A stretch of DNA of 63,175 bases, filler included, from Lenisia limosa (lineage: Eukaryota > Protista > Breviatea): the NCBI GenBank assembly GCA_001655205.1. It is 10 parts of 10 records of this genome, joined end to end, with 100 filler letters (N's around TTAATTAATTAA, not from the genome) between each part and the next. Parts side by side here need not be neighbours in the genome. Positions count along the whole stretch, not along the records: positions 61,996 to 63,175 come from LPNZ01002713.1; 9 more parts are not named here. One strand, 5' to 3'. Made by a program: the position numbers and the translations under genes. Below the pieces are notes generated by a model. The model had not been told where the DNA came from, did not search any database, and saw only the letters and a program-made list of their open reading frames with translations. Positions within the stretch are counted from its first letter, which is position 1. Each line of letters starts with the position of its first letter. Of the stretch, positions 61,996 through 63,175 are shown piece by piece.

Positions 61996-63175
61996 ATATA
62001 GAGTGGTGTACCAAGGGCAGTCCTAATTGGATGTAAATAAGTGCCGGGTGGGGGGGTATTAAGCTAGAATATACTAGGTGGTGTAGTACTTTTAAAACAT
62101 AAATAACAATATTTTATGCGGTAAAAATGGACATATCGATATAAAGAAGAAAAACAAAAAAAATACTCTGGCAAACACGAAAACTTACGAAGCTCTGCAA
62201 ACAATGGATTATATTTTACGCTTTGTTTGATATTTTTTTGTATAGCTAGAGGTTCCCTTCGGTCCTAAAAAAAGACCGAATGTCTCGATGAATCCTCGAT
62301 AAATATCGATATTTAAACGGTCTTTTTCGGAACGTGGGAAGCACTATGTATATTATATTTAGATTATTATATTTTTTTATAGTATTCCCACAATTTTATT
62401 ATTAAGTATCCAAGATTTATTTTCATGTTTTTTATAAACCCAGCGGCTCACTTAGCCAGCTCATTTGTGTTCTCCAGTACCCGCGATATACCAAAGTCAC
62501 CAAGCTTGATAATGCCTTGTTTGGTCTAAAAGTGGGTAAATACCTAGTTTTGTCTTAAAAAAGGGTCTATTATTTGCTTTGTCTAAAAAGGGCAAATATA
62601 TAACATCGTGTTCTTAACGGGGTGTTATCTTCATTCATAATTTCAACTTGAAAGTCGGTATATGATCATATCCCTAGCGGATGTGGGTAAACATTTTGAC
62701 TTGAAAGTCCGCCATATATTCACATTTCATTCGTGGATTTGGGTCAGCATCAAAAAGAATCCGCTCACAATGAAAACATTCTGCGTTTTTATGTCCCTGT
62801 GCAGAATACGTCTGTCGTGAATATGCTTCAATCCGAGGCAAATTTGCGTGAAGTAGTTCAGGATAGCCTGAGAGAATAACGGGGAATAACTATAAAGTAC
62901 CAGGGCTATATCGAGTAACAAAGCAATATCAATACCGACGATAGAAAAATGTAAGATGCTAAAGGCTAAGCTCTTTGCTATATCATCATGTTTCTATTGA
63001 CCCTTATCCGATTTGATATGCAAAAGGTGTAATAATCACCTCATAGAATCGGTCAAGTTTCTCCAACATGCCATAAACATCCCTTCCTCCAATACAGTAC
63101 CCCCACCTCCTCTTCAAAAAGAACCCCGCGTTTCTTCTGATCGTTGATGACACGGCCAAGATCGCCTCCGTCAGC
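61996..63175 (-). CDS. NIMA-related (NEK1-like) Ser/Thr kinase, internal fragment
   Basis: [23 protein letters not shown]|...[32 protein letters not shown]|[25 protein letters not shown]|TALGTPLY; all junctions in frame. Confidence 0.92.
62249..62344. mobile_element. MITE family 1 copy, 'TTCCC' subfamily (NEK intron)
   Basis: TA-GAGGTTCCCTTCGGTCC...CGGTCTTTTTCGGAACGTGGGAAGCAC-TA, 96 bp. Confidence 0.82.

Noticed and set aside
59074-63175. KLGEG-like peptide at ~60400 as the N-lobe of the NEK kinase at 62-63 kb
   Set aside because: Separated by an artificial linker, in the wrong order for a minus-strand gene, and dependent on an unverified splice.

Overview
This is eukaryotic, intron-rich genomic DNA, probably from a non-model protist; the organism cannot be named from the sequence. 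It uses the standard genetic code and GT-AG introns. The window is not one locus: nine identical 100-nt linkers (N44-TTAATTAATTAA-N44) join ten unrelated scaffolds, so adjacency across a linker has no meaning. Manual splicing gave these genes: midasin/MDN1 (5' part), FAM91A1, a large cadherin-like/Big_9 plus filamin-Ig repeat protein, the 3' end of a SNX-BAR-like gene, a plant PSAT1-like LCAT-family acyltransferase, TMEM245, a coiled-coil protein with an E/K repeat, an ABCF-like protein with a degenerate first NBD, a PQ-loop (PQLC2-like) transporter, a multi-pass membrane protein fused to a retropepsin-like (DTGA) domain, a RING-HC plus pseudokinase gene, and a NEK kinase. Mobile DNA comprises a 2.9-kb hAT transposon with a perfect 8-bp TSD and two TA-flanked MITE families (about 20 and 4 copies), mostly intronic. 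A strand-specific intron signature (G-runs after donors, C-runs before acceptors) coincides with most internal assembly gaps. I found no rRNA, tRNA or CRISPR array. Gene identifications rest on recalled family motifs, not database searches, and gene ends are approximate where stated. Nothing here is demonstrably a new system. The best candidates are the membrane-retropepsin fusion, the two pseudo-enzymes, the MITE families and the intron architecture.
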